From positions 12,648,001-12,712,000 of the forward strand of contig NC_047019.1 of NCBI RefSeq assembly GCF_902652985.1: a stretch of 64,000 nucleotides of DNA, read 5' to 3'. A model generated the notes under the pieces. It did no database searches, was not told where the DNA came from, and worked only from the letters and a program-made list of their open reading frames with translations. Position 1 is the first letter of the stretch, and every line of letters starts with the position of its first letter. Made by a program: the position numbers and the translations under genes. Shown in pieces: positions 48,919 through 62,000 of the stretch. The stretch is from Pecten maximus. Lineage: Eukaryota.

Positions 48919-51198
48919 AGGTCCAACGTATTGGTTTTACTCACTGGAAATTCTACTAAGACAAGTTTACTCGGGATAATGATCGTTAAAGGACAAAACG
49001 ACGTCGATATTTCAGGAAATTAACACAGCGAACTTATTTTAGAGTCACAGACCATTTTCAACCATTTCAAAGCTCAAACTTCTCGCATAACAATAATTCC
49101 ACGGCGGACATTTTCTACTAACTTAAACTATACTACAAAATGCATGTTCACATGATATACTAATAAAACAAGTTAGAAATTTAGTAAATCAACGCAGAAA
49201 TTATATAGGAGTTTGTTGCTGTATTATATTGTTAATTTCTAAAAATCGCCAGTTAGACTAAAAGAAGAGGTATAATTTACTGAAACTGCATTTTTTGTTT
49301 TTAGTGGTTTGTTTGAATTGATGAGATATAGTAAAACAATATTAACAACATGATGTACGAATAAAGTTTTACGGAAAAAAACAAGTCACGTTTAAGACCT
49401 CTACTTTCGCATTGTCATCGCATTCCTGATCGTAATTAGCATATGCTGGCAACGATGAAGATTGTGGTTTTACCATGATATTGCATTTACCTACTTTTAT
49501 TTATAGTTGACAATGTACTACACGATACATTCTGTCTGAAATTATCAGCATAACCAATCAAATAAATTATAGTCCGTTGCATTCATGTTTAAATTTTGAT
49601 CGTTTTTGTGCAATCTTTCGATACTGAAAAACTGAGTTCAAAAATCACACCATAAACATTAACATCGAAAGCTATTTTTTCCTAAGTACAACCATGTTTC
49701 CAACATGAAAAATGATAAAAAAAAAAAGGTTTTTGGTTACGATATTGTGTATTGTTTTACTTTCAATATGTATTTAACACATACAACATTGAAAACATGG
49801 AAATAAAGACAAGAAAGTACTGGTGTTGTAATAAATGTGTCTTAATAATGTAGGACAACAATAACAGTGATACGTAATCCATCACATTCATCATATTAGA
49901 TAATGACGCAAATTGTAATGTAATGCAGATATAGCACTAGTGTCGTGGTAGAGAACACACTTTGTTCTTGAAAGTTCTTGAATTGTATTGCAACAGAGAA
50001 ACCTTGCAACATCAAGAAAACGCACCCATACGCTTTCATGCGTGTGAATTGGCAAGGCATTTGCATAATAGTTAGAACAGCGGTATGATTATATTACATA
50101 TATATATAGCTAAATCTATATACATATCATACAAACTACAGCACTTTAATGTAATTAGATACTGAGAACGGCTGTTGCCAATGTAATCAACTTGTACAAG
50201 ATTTGCATAGATACAGTGTTAAAGTATATATATAGAAAATACTGATACCATGATGTTTCTCACGAAGCGCTAATTAACGCAGACCTGCGGCCTTGGGCCG
50301 CTGATTCTTACAGGAACCACGGAACCGATTGATTTCCTATAGCCGTTAATGTTAACGTTTATCACTGTCCTACTTGAATGGATTTTCAACACTAGACCAT
50401 TAGTCTCGTACACCTATAAATAGAACATTTAAAACTTCTACCAATCTGGGTAGGGGTGTGGTTGAGGTGTGGTTGGGCGAGGTTGGGGTGGGGTTGGGTT
50501 GGGGTTGGATGGGGTAGGGGTGGGATGCAAAAGCTCCAATATTCAATATTATAGTTTTCTTTCATATGCCTCGACATAGATGCTAATGTCTTTTTTAACC
50601 ATCCATGACATATTAATGATGTTTTTTGTGTCCTTTAGCTCCATTTTGATAAAAGAGCTTTCTATATACAATATATATTACAGCTGTTCAATATGTTTTT
50701 ATTAGAGCAGACACGAATTACTCCTAAATGTTTACTCACCCGATACCAGTGTGGTGTTATGGAACCTCAGAGATGTCTTTCATTTGACAAATGAAGTAAA
50801 TCTCGATGGCGACAATGTTAATTAACACGGATTGTACAAAAGATAAACACGATATTTCATCACCTTTAAATACAAATTGGAGCGTTAGATACAGTACAGC
50901 CAAAATTAAAAATAACTAATGCAATATGCAGCTGTTTTGTCTTTTTAGGGAGATGCCATACAGTAATGCCTATGGCTTTAAGTGTCGATACGTAATGAAT
51001 TGTCTTCGTCATAAACCTGCATCGTTACTTAAATACCCGCGAAAAAACATACAAAAATTGATGGCACAAAATGAGTGTACTACGAAGAAACCCTATATAC
51101 CCCTTAAGACGTTCCATATATTTTTGCCCATGTGTTGCCACCGTTGGCTGTTCGCATACACCAGACAGGTAAAGAGGGATTCCGCGTTCTAGAACAAA

Positions 51199-54100
51199 AT
51201 GTCATCAAAAGGTATGTACATGTTTTGACATTTTATTACTTTAATTTTATTCACGATATAATACGGCATAGTGTATTATTTTAGAGACATAAAAACCGTT
51301 CAAAGTACTCAATCAGGACTGCTTGATGTTAACAGAAGATAATAGTTTGCCGAACTTTCTGTCGACTTGTACATACTTGTGGGATATATCTATTTTATAA
51401 AATTATGGTTCAAATATATATGCATTAATCACGCTTTGATGGGAAGTGTAGATATATTCACCCTTTAAAGAGAAGGTTTACGTAATGTATATCTTATCAA
51501 TTATCTCAAATAAGGTACTGTTACGACACAGGGATAATAGCCACCTTAAAAGCACATACATTTTATTTTGAAAACGCCTATTTTCACAGCTGAAAAGAAG
51601 TACAGTATATCGTTTTGCCTGCATTAAAATCTGACTCCAAAAACAAAACATTAAAAAGATAAATAAATGACTAAAGCAAAAATAAATAAATAAAAAGAAT
51701 GCAAGACATGTAAATATCCTTTTACACATATGTTGCATTGTTGCATCATGCTATTCAGCAATGCTTATGGGATCAAATGTATGGCCATTCCACAGGGATA
51801 TTGGGGAAATGCAAACTAAAGTTACTTAAAACTACCAAGACTAACTAAACAAATCAAAGAGGTTAAAAGAAAAGGTAATGCGACATTCGCGATTGTCGTG
51901 CGCAAGCGACGAAGAGTGTCAGCTTGTGTTAGCTATTGAAATGTCCTGTGTGTATGCAATGATAAGATAAATCAATCTGAACAAAAAAATCCTGTGACCT
52001 TCACTAGGTCAATGCGAGTTGTTGAAGGTCAAAAACCTGCGTTTCACGTGACGAAATGGTGTATATATGTAATACCGGTGTGAGTTTCTGTTTAACATGA
52101 TAAGAAATACTCATAAAAATCTATCTCCTGAGAAAATTAGTTCAAAGCAAACGTCAGATCTACATGTACGTTTGAGTACAGCTTGTAATAGTTTTCCTCC
52201 TGTGAGTGTTGACACATATTAGATGTAGCCAGAAGATTTGTTGGTGGTGTCACCAGAAAAAACACAGAGCAAAGCAATGAGCTATATGGGGACGGAGGGT
52301 ATGTGATATCATGATCAAAAGAAAAACCACAATAATATCATGTGGGTTTGTATTCCCAGGGTGAGGTAATGTTTTTATTATTTCATAATATCTGTTTGTC
52401 ATAAATCATCACTACAAGAAAAATTATATAACTTTATTTATCACAAAAGCGCTAGACCATACCCCCAAAATAAATTCTTACTTGAAGGTAACGTTTCTTA
52501 ACTACGATTCTCCCTGTAGCCACTAAAGATTGACAGAAAATTGCAGCGTTTTTCATCCTTGTTTTGAAAAAAAATTGTTTCCAAAAAGTCTAGATTTCGG
52601 GAAAATTAACAGGAAAAATTATAGTTATATTTTCCAACAAATCAACTGATGGCGAAAAGATCAATCACAGCAATTTTCATGAAAATCGGTTCATTAATTT
52701 CTGATTATGTCATATCTCATTAAGTTAATTTGTGAATAGCGGTTTCGTCTCAGAATACAATAATTCAATTAGGTAATATCCAGAAAATATAACAAAAATA
52801 ATAATAATAAAACAGATTAACAAAAAAAAATTGAATTCTAAAAATATAATTATGGAGTTAAGGCACCCACTCATCCATAATTCGGACACCCGTTTTGAAT
52901 ATTATTGATTGGTTACCTCACTTTCACAAACTTAGCCCTTCACATCACTGATGAGTCCAATACAATGTGAAATTTGAAAAAAATAACACAACATATTCGA
53001 ATATCAAATCGCTCTTTTATCACTCCGAGACATCTAGCGAAAAGGGAATGTTTGGGATGTATACTTATGGACTTACTTATGTACTTCATTATAAGCCATT
53101 CAAAACCGTAACCCCAACATTTTGGGCTTGACGCTGACACCGACATGGAAGCTTGTGGAAACATCAAGAGATTATGTACGGTTACTCGTTGCAATTAATT
53201 TAATGAGCGTGTGTTTGAATATATAATTATCTATTACATATAAAGAGAAATGTATCTCCATTGAATATATCTCTTGATCTCTTTTTTAATTAATAAGGAT
53301 TGATTGAGCGTCTAGAAAATGGCGGACAAGTCCTCATTGCGGAAGGATATCTAATGGAATTGGAGAGAAGAGGTTATCTGCAGTCTGGGGGATTTATACC
53401 GGAAGTGGTTTTAGAACATCCGGAGGTAGTCCGAGAACTACATCGAGAGTTTGTACATGCTGGCACCGATGTGGTAGAAGCATTCACAGTAAATATATAC
53501 CTTATTTACCAGTCGCTGTAGTGAATTAAAATCTTGCTTAAATTATTACCAGCAATCAGTGCATTATATACCAGCTGTTGTATGGAATATATTTGTAGCT
53601 TAAGTTATTATCCACGACCAAATCAGTATACATGTATATAGTGGAATTAATTTAGTTCTATATGAATAAGGATTTCTATCGATGAAGATATTTAATCATT
53701 GTTTGCTACCTTAGCATTTAGGTTTCATTTGTGAAGCAGCATTTTGACAAAACAATTATTTTTAAGTTTATAGAATAAGCTATGGTATTTCATATCGGAC
53801 CGGCGTTTAATATTCCCCTTGCAGTTTTATTGTTTTACATATTGCATGTATGAGAATGAATTACTGAAAGTAAAGCGAGTACAGAAGTGAGAAGCGAGTG
53901 AGAAGGAGACTTCCTGTCTGAGGCTACATTTTGTTAGTGAGATAAATCAAGAGATCCCAAAATAGGCATTTCACAAGTAATACTGCGGGAATAAAGCAAC
54001 TGAACCCTATCTTATAGATATGAGAAATTAATGTAAATCTTGCTGTATCTAAGTTGTATTTCAGTATTATGGTCATAGAGAGAAATTGCGAACAATCGGA

Positions 54101-57100
54101 CGCGAGGGCGACCCAGAGAGACTCAATAGAACAGCTCTTAAGATCGCGCGGGAAGTGGCAGACGAGACCGGAATTTTAATGGCTGGCGGACTTTGCAACA
54201 CCAACATATATGACAAAGATGATGTTACTACACATGACCAAGTCAAGGCTATGTTTAAGGTGAAGTAATCACGGATAACAAATAAGATGCATTGACTGAA
54301 CATTAATCGGATTTAATTTAAACTTACAGCTTGTTTTCGAAAGAAAAATCATCTGTTCGATATGTTAAATAAAAAAAATTGTATGAATTTTGGAAATAAG
54401 ACACAATTTATTCGATTTTATCGGATCTCCAGATTTAAAGTATAAAATATCAACTATATGTTTTTCACATGTTGAACGCAACATTTTTGTTTCGTACGAC
54501 CACAGGAGCAGGTAGAGTGGGCAGTGGAGGAGGGGACGGACTACATCATAGCGGAGACAATAAGCTACTACGGGGAGGCTAAACTAGCACTAGAGGCAAT
54601 ACAGACATACGGAAAAGGTAGAAGACCTAATAGTCATTATTGTGAGAGTTCTTGTCGGATGAATGATGATATCTACTAGTTATAGAGTTTGTCGGGTTTT
54701 TTTTGTTTTTGTTTTTTTTGTTTTTTTTGTTTTTTGTTTTTTTTTCACAATCAGAGAAAGAAGCCAAACAAGCAAACTCTTTCTAACGTAAAAATCAACT
54801 GAAATAGCTAAAATGTGAACAATACATTTGCAGGGATACCGATTAAAACAAAAGTTGATAAATATTCGATTTGATTCCTATTGATATCATTGAATGCTGT
54901 TTTCAATGTTTCGTTTCATTGAAATTGATGAAAAAAAGTATTCAAAAAGTAAAAAGTAATTCAATTCCGCAAGCTTGCTGTTCTCATATCAATACCATTA
55001 TGTGTATCATAATATTTCAATAGATCTTTAAAATTTATATTCGATACATATAATTCCTTCGGATTGTTTATGACATAAGGGAGAACATTTTGTAAGCTTT
55101 CAAGGACAGATAATTTGACATATCTATATCTATATCATTGGTGACGTCACAAATTTGTTGCGTCATGCAGCAAAAATTAGGCCCTAACCAACAAAGCTCT
55201 GCTAGCTGTTTGCATGTGTGAACATAACATTATGTATGTTAGAGCAGTTATTTATGATTACATAAAGTGTCCCAGCAGTGATAACTATAACATGCTATGT
55301 ACCGGACAAGACGCTTGAGGGACTACCGATAGCCTATGCATGTCGTAAATTGGAGGAGGATGGAGCGGCCGTGGTGGGTCTAAATTGTGGGCGTGGTCCA
55401 AGGACAATGTTACCTACAATCAGAAAAATAAGGAAGTTTGTAAGGTAAGGGGCATACTAAGCTTTATACATCTCTGTATAGAGAAGTCAGACGGAGAAAC
55501 ACAACAACATGGCAAACATCTGCCACCGTGCATTTGCATTGATACTACAGTATTTGTCATAAATATAAGTTCATTCTGAATAGATACATTTCATATATAT
55601 TTGTCACGCTTAAAGAAAATAAATAACATGAACAGTCAAAAAACAGAGTAATGTAATTCTAAGATTTAGATGTGAAATTGATATTGTGTCAAATTAAAAA
55701 TATTTTTACTTTGTATGCTAGATGTTACATGGCAGACTGGCTGTGTGGATACAGAACAAGATATTTATGCTTTCTGGAGAGAAATATCCCTTGCCTAGAA
55801 AGTTCCTTCGTTGTTGTTCAGTGAAAAATTAAAGCAGTCCTGAATTGTAACTTTGTAAAGTTAATAATGCACTTGCACCCTCACCTTAGCAACAGCAAAC
55901 ATGTATGTAACTACATTGTTAATAAGTATATTCAAGATTAGTATAGTTACTAATGCTTCTTCCGGAAGGTTCATATTATGTAGGGCAGGTTTGTAAAGAT
56001 TGTAACAAAAGTACAAAGAGAAACTTTTCCGAAGAAGAGGTGTGGATGATTGCTGAATTGAACAAGTTCTGTTGCATAATGATTAATCTTACAGGGACTA
56101 ATAGCCGCCATTCCCGTGGCATTCAGGACAACGGATAGGTGTCCCACGTGGATCATTTTGAAAGATCCGGACACAGGTAAGTCATTCCTTAAACAGGAAC
56201 GACTAGGCATGGGTAAATCCAGAATGGACACGGGGATAACCAAACCCGAAACTAGTGAGTCTAAACATAGGGTTAGTTCACAGCAGACTTGGGGATATCC
56301 AAACCCGAAACTGATGAGTCTAAACATAGGGTTAGTTCACAGCAGACTTGTGGATAGCCAGACCAGAAACTGGTGAGTCTAAACATAGGGTTAGTTCACA
56401 GCAGACTTGGGGATATCCAGACCTGAAACTAGTGAGTCTAGCCATAGGGGATATTTCCAGGTATCCCTAGACATAGGTACTTTCAGAGCAGTCTTAGAGA
56501 AATGCGAACCAGAAACGGGTGCGTCTGGACTCAGGTAAATCCAGAATAAAGTCGAGGAAATCTCGATCTGGGCTGAGTTTTACTAAGCATCTTAAGTAAC
56601 GGAGTTTGGTAGGACAGAGATTTAACGTAACTTAAATTTACGATACGAATCGTAACTTAAGATGCTGAGTTAAACTCAGTCCAGGAACTGGTGAGTCTAG
56701 ACATGTTGACGTAAGTTCAAAGCAGACTCAGGTAGGTCCAGACCAGATACTATTTCTCTTCGTGCCCTTCCTAGTCTCAGCTATATTTCGACCTCAGGTT
56801 TTATTGCCATCCTCCTTCTCCATCTGAGGTCGTCCGCTGAGTGTTGCTCGCCGTCCGTACAATTTCGAACCTAAGTTCTACCATTTGTAATCAGCTCTTT
56901 CTTGCCTGCACTATTCCCGAGATGGTCTTCACTAAGTGATGGTATTTTCTGGGTCGATCAGAAATCCAAAATAGTCAACATGACCAAGATAATTAGAGTA
57001 TTACACTATTGTCCTCAGTGCAATTATACTGTTACTGAGTATATAGCACTGAGGTCTTTTAAGTCAGGTCCTTAAGTTTCTTGTTTATTTTGTTTATATA

Positions 57101-57503
57101 TGCCAGCGTATAGTATATTTCTACTACTGAACGATAAGCATTATGTGCTTTATTCCATTAATTGCTTTGTTCCGCTGCAACTCTCTGACATGTCCAAGTA
57201 AATATGTTAACAAGTCCTGTATTTTTTGTAGGAAATGATGCATATCCGACGAATTTGTCATGTGTCACGTGTAGCCGAGATGACATCAGGCAATTTGCAG
57301 AGGAAGCGAAGGCGATTGGTGTTAATTACGTCGGACTTTGCTGCGGAAATGCTCCATTCTTCTTCCGGGAGTTAGCGGAAGTGTATGGCCGAAAACCTGC
57401 TGCATGCAGATATTCCCCTGATGTATCTGCAAATGCAATTGTAGGCACATCAACAAAGCATACACAAATAATAAAAGAGTTTACGAGTGTTGACAGCATT
57501 TAA
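51199..57503 (+). pseudogene. BHMT-like copy 6, all seven exons present but exon 5 frameshifted
   Basis: Exons 51199-51211, 53298-53488, 54065-54259, 54506-54617, 55268-55444 (177 nt instead of 179; two 1-nt deletions giving an early TGA), 56095-56176, 57232-57503. Confidence 0.75.
56231..56445. repeat. 59-bp minisatellite (~3.5 units), paralogous to 26626-26992
   Basis: Same unit, fewer copies. Confidence 0.85.
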
Positions 57504-59056
57504 AGGCGAACACTTAGCCAACTGTTTCATGTAATTTAAATGACTGCTTTCAAAGCTTCAGAAATGCAGGTCAAAATATTTATGTTGTAGCTATATTCCG
57601 GATTTAAAATTATTTTTATTTGATATAAGCTATGTGAATAAAATGTTTAATTATGTATCCTTCAAAAGCAATAAAATGCCTTGTGACTTGCAGTTATTGT
57701 GTTTTCATATCTTTGTTCTGTTAATACAGATTACCTACGATACTCCAACCGAACGTCATTCCTATTTTTAAATAACCCCCACCCCGCCCTCCCGGAAAAA
57801 AATCTTACAGTTTCTCAACTAAAAAAGTATTCTGCCTGTAAACACTAAACGTTTATAGAAAACTTTTTTTTAATTGCAAGTTCTCCAAAAACTCTAGGTA
57901 TTGAGAAAATAAGCATGAAAGACATATATGATTTTTGTAACAAAGCAAAATGTGGCGCAAAATGTCACTTGTGTCAATTTTCATGACTATCGATTCACTG
58001 TTTTGTCGTATCCCCTTAACCTTGATTTAATCTTCAAGCAGATCGAGGCTTACCTTTACTTGCAGAAATGCATCGTCCCATTCTTCTTAAACACTTTAAC
58101 ATTCTTCATGTGCATTTATCTTTTTCCCACGTTATATTTTGGCATTCTCGTTTGACTTCTAGAATGGTTTACCAAACCATCATTCATCATAACCTAATAA
58201 TGATTCCCTACTTCGCTACACGATAGTATTACATATTTCGCTTTTTTTCGTTTGATTTCCAGCTGTTATTCTCCAGTTTTGTCCTGTTGTGTTATTGCTG
58301 CAATACTTTACTTGGTATTCCATTCAAAATTAATGCTACTGTGACAACATCAAACAATCGACCACCCAACTAATGATAATTTAATTTCGTGAAGTCATTA
58401 ACATCATGTAATACAGTGTTAAATTTTGGAACCCCCTTATCTTGCATGATTTATCGTAATGATGAGATATTGATGACGACATCAACATAAAATAATCATG
58501 AAAACAACATGATAGCTATAACTATAAGATTCTATAAAAGTAGTCCAGGGTTAATGTGGATGAAACATCTATGATTCTTTCTTTAAAGGTCATAGGTCAA
58601 ACTGTTTAACTATCATTCTCTTATCTTTTCACGATATATCAAAACTCATAGGACTTATTGTGCAGCAAAATTGATGAAAGAAATGCATCGATAGCCGTAA
58701 CATTTCAAAAACAATCTTGTCTGAAAATCCCTAACGATTTTCAAAAATAGCATCCGCACTATTTGTGTAAATTCGATTAGAAAACTGCAGTCGTACTACA
58801 TCTAGGTTCGGTAAATGCTAGTGGATCATAGTTTGTGTGAAGTACAATTTAAAATAACCCGTGACCTAGAATAGAGTGAAACTACTAGACAATGACTTAC
58901 TCCTCAAAGCGAAATTTTGTTGACCTCTGACTCAACTGTTATCTAGAAAGCACATGTGCTCTACACAACTAGCGTTATACGTATGTCTGCAGTGAAGCTG
59001 TGTATGTTTGTGTATATCAGTCGAGTAGTACTGGCGGGCCTATCTGTGCTGACACA

Positions 59057-62000
59057 ATGCCATCAAAAGGTAAAGATTCATGATATCAACTATGAAACAC
59101 TAGTCTGTGTATATCTTTCTTACCGAAATTGTTTTTCAATCATATGATTCAACGCTGCTAACCTTGAACTTATTATTCCCAACAATAGCCCGAGTTTCCT
59201 CTGGCCCTGAAATAGTGTCAGGGCTAGAAACGCGGGCTATCCCCACATATGTCGTTTAACTTTACATGAGATATTCACTTGTATAACATAGAGCTATTTA
59301 CCACACGTGTTTTCTTTAAATGGTTATTCACCACACGTGTGTCGTCCTTTAACCCTGAACTTATTATTCACCACACATGTGACGTCACTTAACCTTGAAC
59401 ATATTATCCACACCTTGTGTCGTTTGACCTTGAGCTAATTGTTCACCACACGTGTGTCATTTAAACATAAACTTATAATCAACCACGTGTGTCGTTTGAC
59501 TTTAAAATAACTGTTTATAACGCTTGTGTTGTCTTTAAACTTATACTAATTGTTCACCACAGGTGTCTCATTTAATCTTGAACTAATTATTCACCGCACG
59601 CGTGACGTTCACTATCACTGGCATGCTTAATCTAGATCATTTTCAAATTCCTCTAGAATTGTTCATGATTTGTAATAATTCACGTCCTTTAATGTCTGTT
59701 ATAAGCATTCAGTCAGTGCACTGTCATACATAGTAATGTACAGTATACTTTTTGTTTCTAAAAGTTACATTTAATATTCCGTAAATTCTTGGTTGCGACA
59801 GGCGAAAATATGAAATAACTAAAATAATATAACTTAGTGATGACTTCACAGACTAATTTGGCTACAAAATGTTATGCATTAGCAATATATCACAGTTAAT
59901 GGTGCCTGATTACGGGGCATATATATTAACCATCTCAGGATGCTATATAGAGTTTCCTGTATCATGATGGTTAGTACTGCTTTATACACAAATGTTTGAT
60001 GTCGTATGATCAGACTGTTACCGGATTCTAGTATGCCCAGTGAATAACTCTTGTTTTTTATCGTTTACTGGAGTGTAAACTGCATTTTTACGGATACTTT
60101 TAATGACACCATGTTGAAATATCTGTGAAATACAGTTTACTCACCAATAAACGATAATGATAATAAAAATCAAGAATAATTCATTAGATTTACATTCTAA
60201 TCTGAGTTTTTATCTAGTGTTATCAAAAAAAAAAAATGAAATCGGCATTCTTTTTTCGGTGTTATACGAAAAGGCGTAACACCCGGACACTTATTTGAAT
60301 CGCTAAACAGCCGATTCCTTTTTGACGGGAAATGCTGTCAACTTCAGGAATGAACAAACTAAAGTTCCGCAGTAACATCGTTTTTATTTTTTCATCGATA
60401 CAATGTATATTTCAGTTAAATAAACCATATTCCATTCATATTGTATTGGGGTATTGGGGTATTGTTGTAAAAACGAAAACAGTCGATGCGCATTCACACT
60501 AATTGCGCATGTGTGCACAGCTTCGGCTATGAGCAATGTATTCCTAAGCGTCAAATTTGATGTTTACACACTTGTAAACGATATCTCCGTTAGTTAGGTG
60601 ATATAACGAATGCAATTTTGATGACAGATGACTAGAATGTTGCCCGATAAAACGGCACGATCATTTATCTGTCATCCAATTTATATATATATACCGCCGA
60701 CTGTATACTACAGTGCCAAAAATATATGTCCCAAAGGAAAATGGCGGCGCGCTAGTTTCTCTGAGCGTAGAGACATCGGAACACTTTCCCAATATTGATC
60801 TGTTTATTCCGAGTATTTTTCTTATATCTTCAACTCTCTCTTGCATACCCTAATATTTCAATTTCTACTCAAGTTGGACTCGATGAAACTACCAAACTTA
60901 ATCTGTTTCATTTGCTCATGAATTTGACCAGATTAACACTGATCAGTGCGTATGAATACATGGTTAAAATCCTTCCGCGGAACTATTTCACTTTTTCTAC
61001 ATTGTTGTTATAAACATGGATTAATTATTAAAATTATTCTTGTATTCTTGTATTTGATGAAAGACCAGATATGCTGGATACTTTTTTTTGACAAAATAAT
61101 GCTGATTTTAATCCTAAAATTGCGGACTATTTTACTCGACCGACAAGACATGCACAATCCGGAACTCCTCGGACTTTTCCGCATTTAGACTTGCACAAGC
61201 TACAAGATATTAATATCTAGACCGACTTTTTTATTCGAAAAAAAAAAAACAATTGAAATATAAGGATTGAATCTAGATTTGGTCGATTTCATGGGGTCAT
61301 GAATTGAGTTGCTCTTGAGACAAATTCAACATGAACTGCTTCGCAGTTCATTAAATTTGTCTCAAGAGCAACTCAATTCATGACCCCATGAAGTCGACCA
61401 AATCAAGATTCAATCCTTAATTACACTCTGTGCAATGACGTCACTATACCGGAAATGAAAGTGTCGTCTGTCACTAATGTAAACGTTTTGAAGAGGTCTG
61501 TAGAAATGGCACAAAAGACCGGGAGCTGTCACCCAGCACAACGAAACAAAACTTTTCTTTGACACAAGGTGACCAGAAAGTCGGAGAAATAAGTAAGATC
61601 CTCGGCATAAACAGATCAATAGTAGGGGAAATGATCCAGGAAAATAACAGCTATGGTGAACATGAAAATCGGCAAAGAAGTGAGGGGAAGAAAAGTTTGA
61701 CAGATCGCAATCAAAGGAAACTGCAGGTTGGTGAATAATGATAGACGTTCCCTTTTGGACGATTTCACAAAACAATTTATATTAATTAACATGCTCCTCC
61801 AAAAGTATCCAGGAAAACAGGAGAAATTACGTGAATGGAAACGTATTGAAATCGGGGAGGTGAAAAGAAGATAGCGCCTTGCCGGGTGTTTGGCTCGTCG
61901 CATCAACGATGTGAACGACTACTGGAAAAGCTTTACTTTTTTTAATGAAATTGTAGTGGTTTGGATACCCGAAGGCGAAATTAAGATGTGGAGAAAAATC

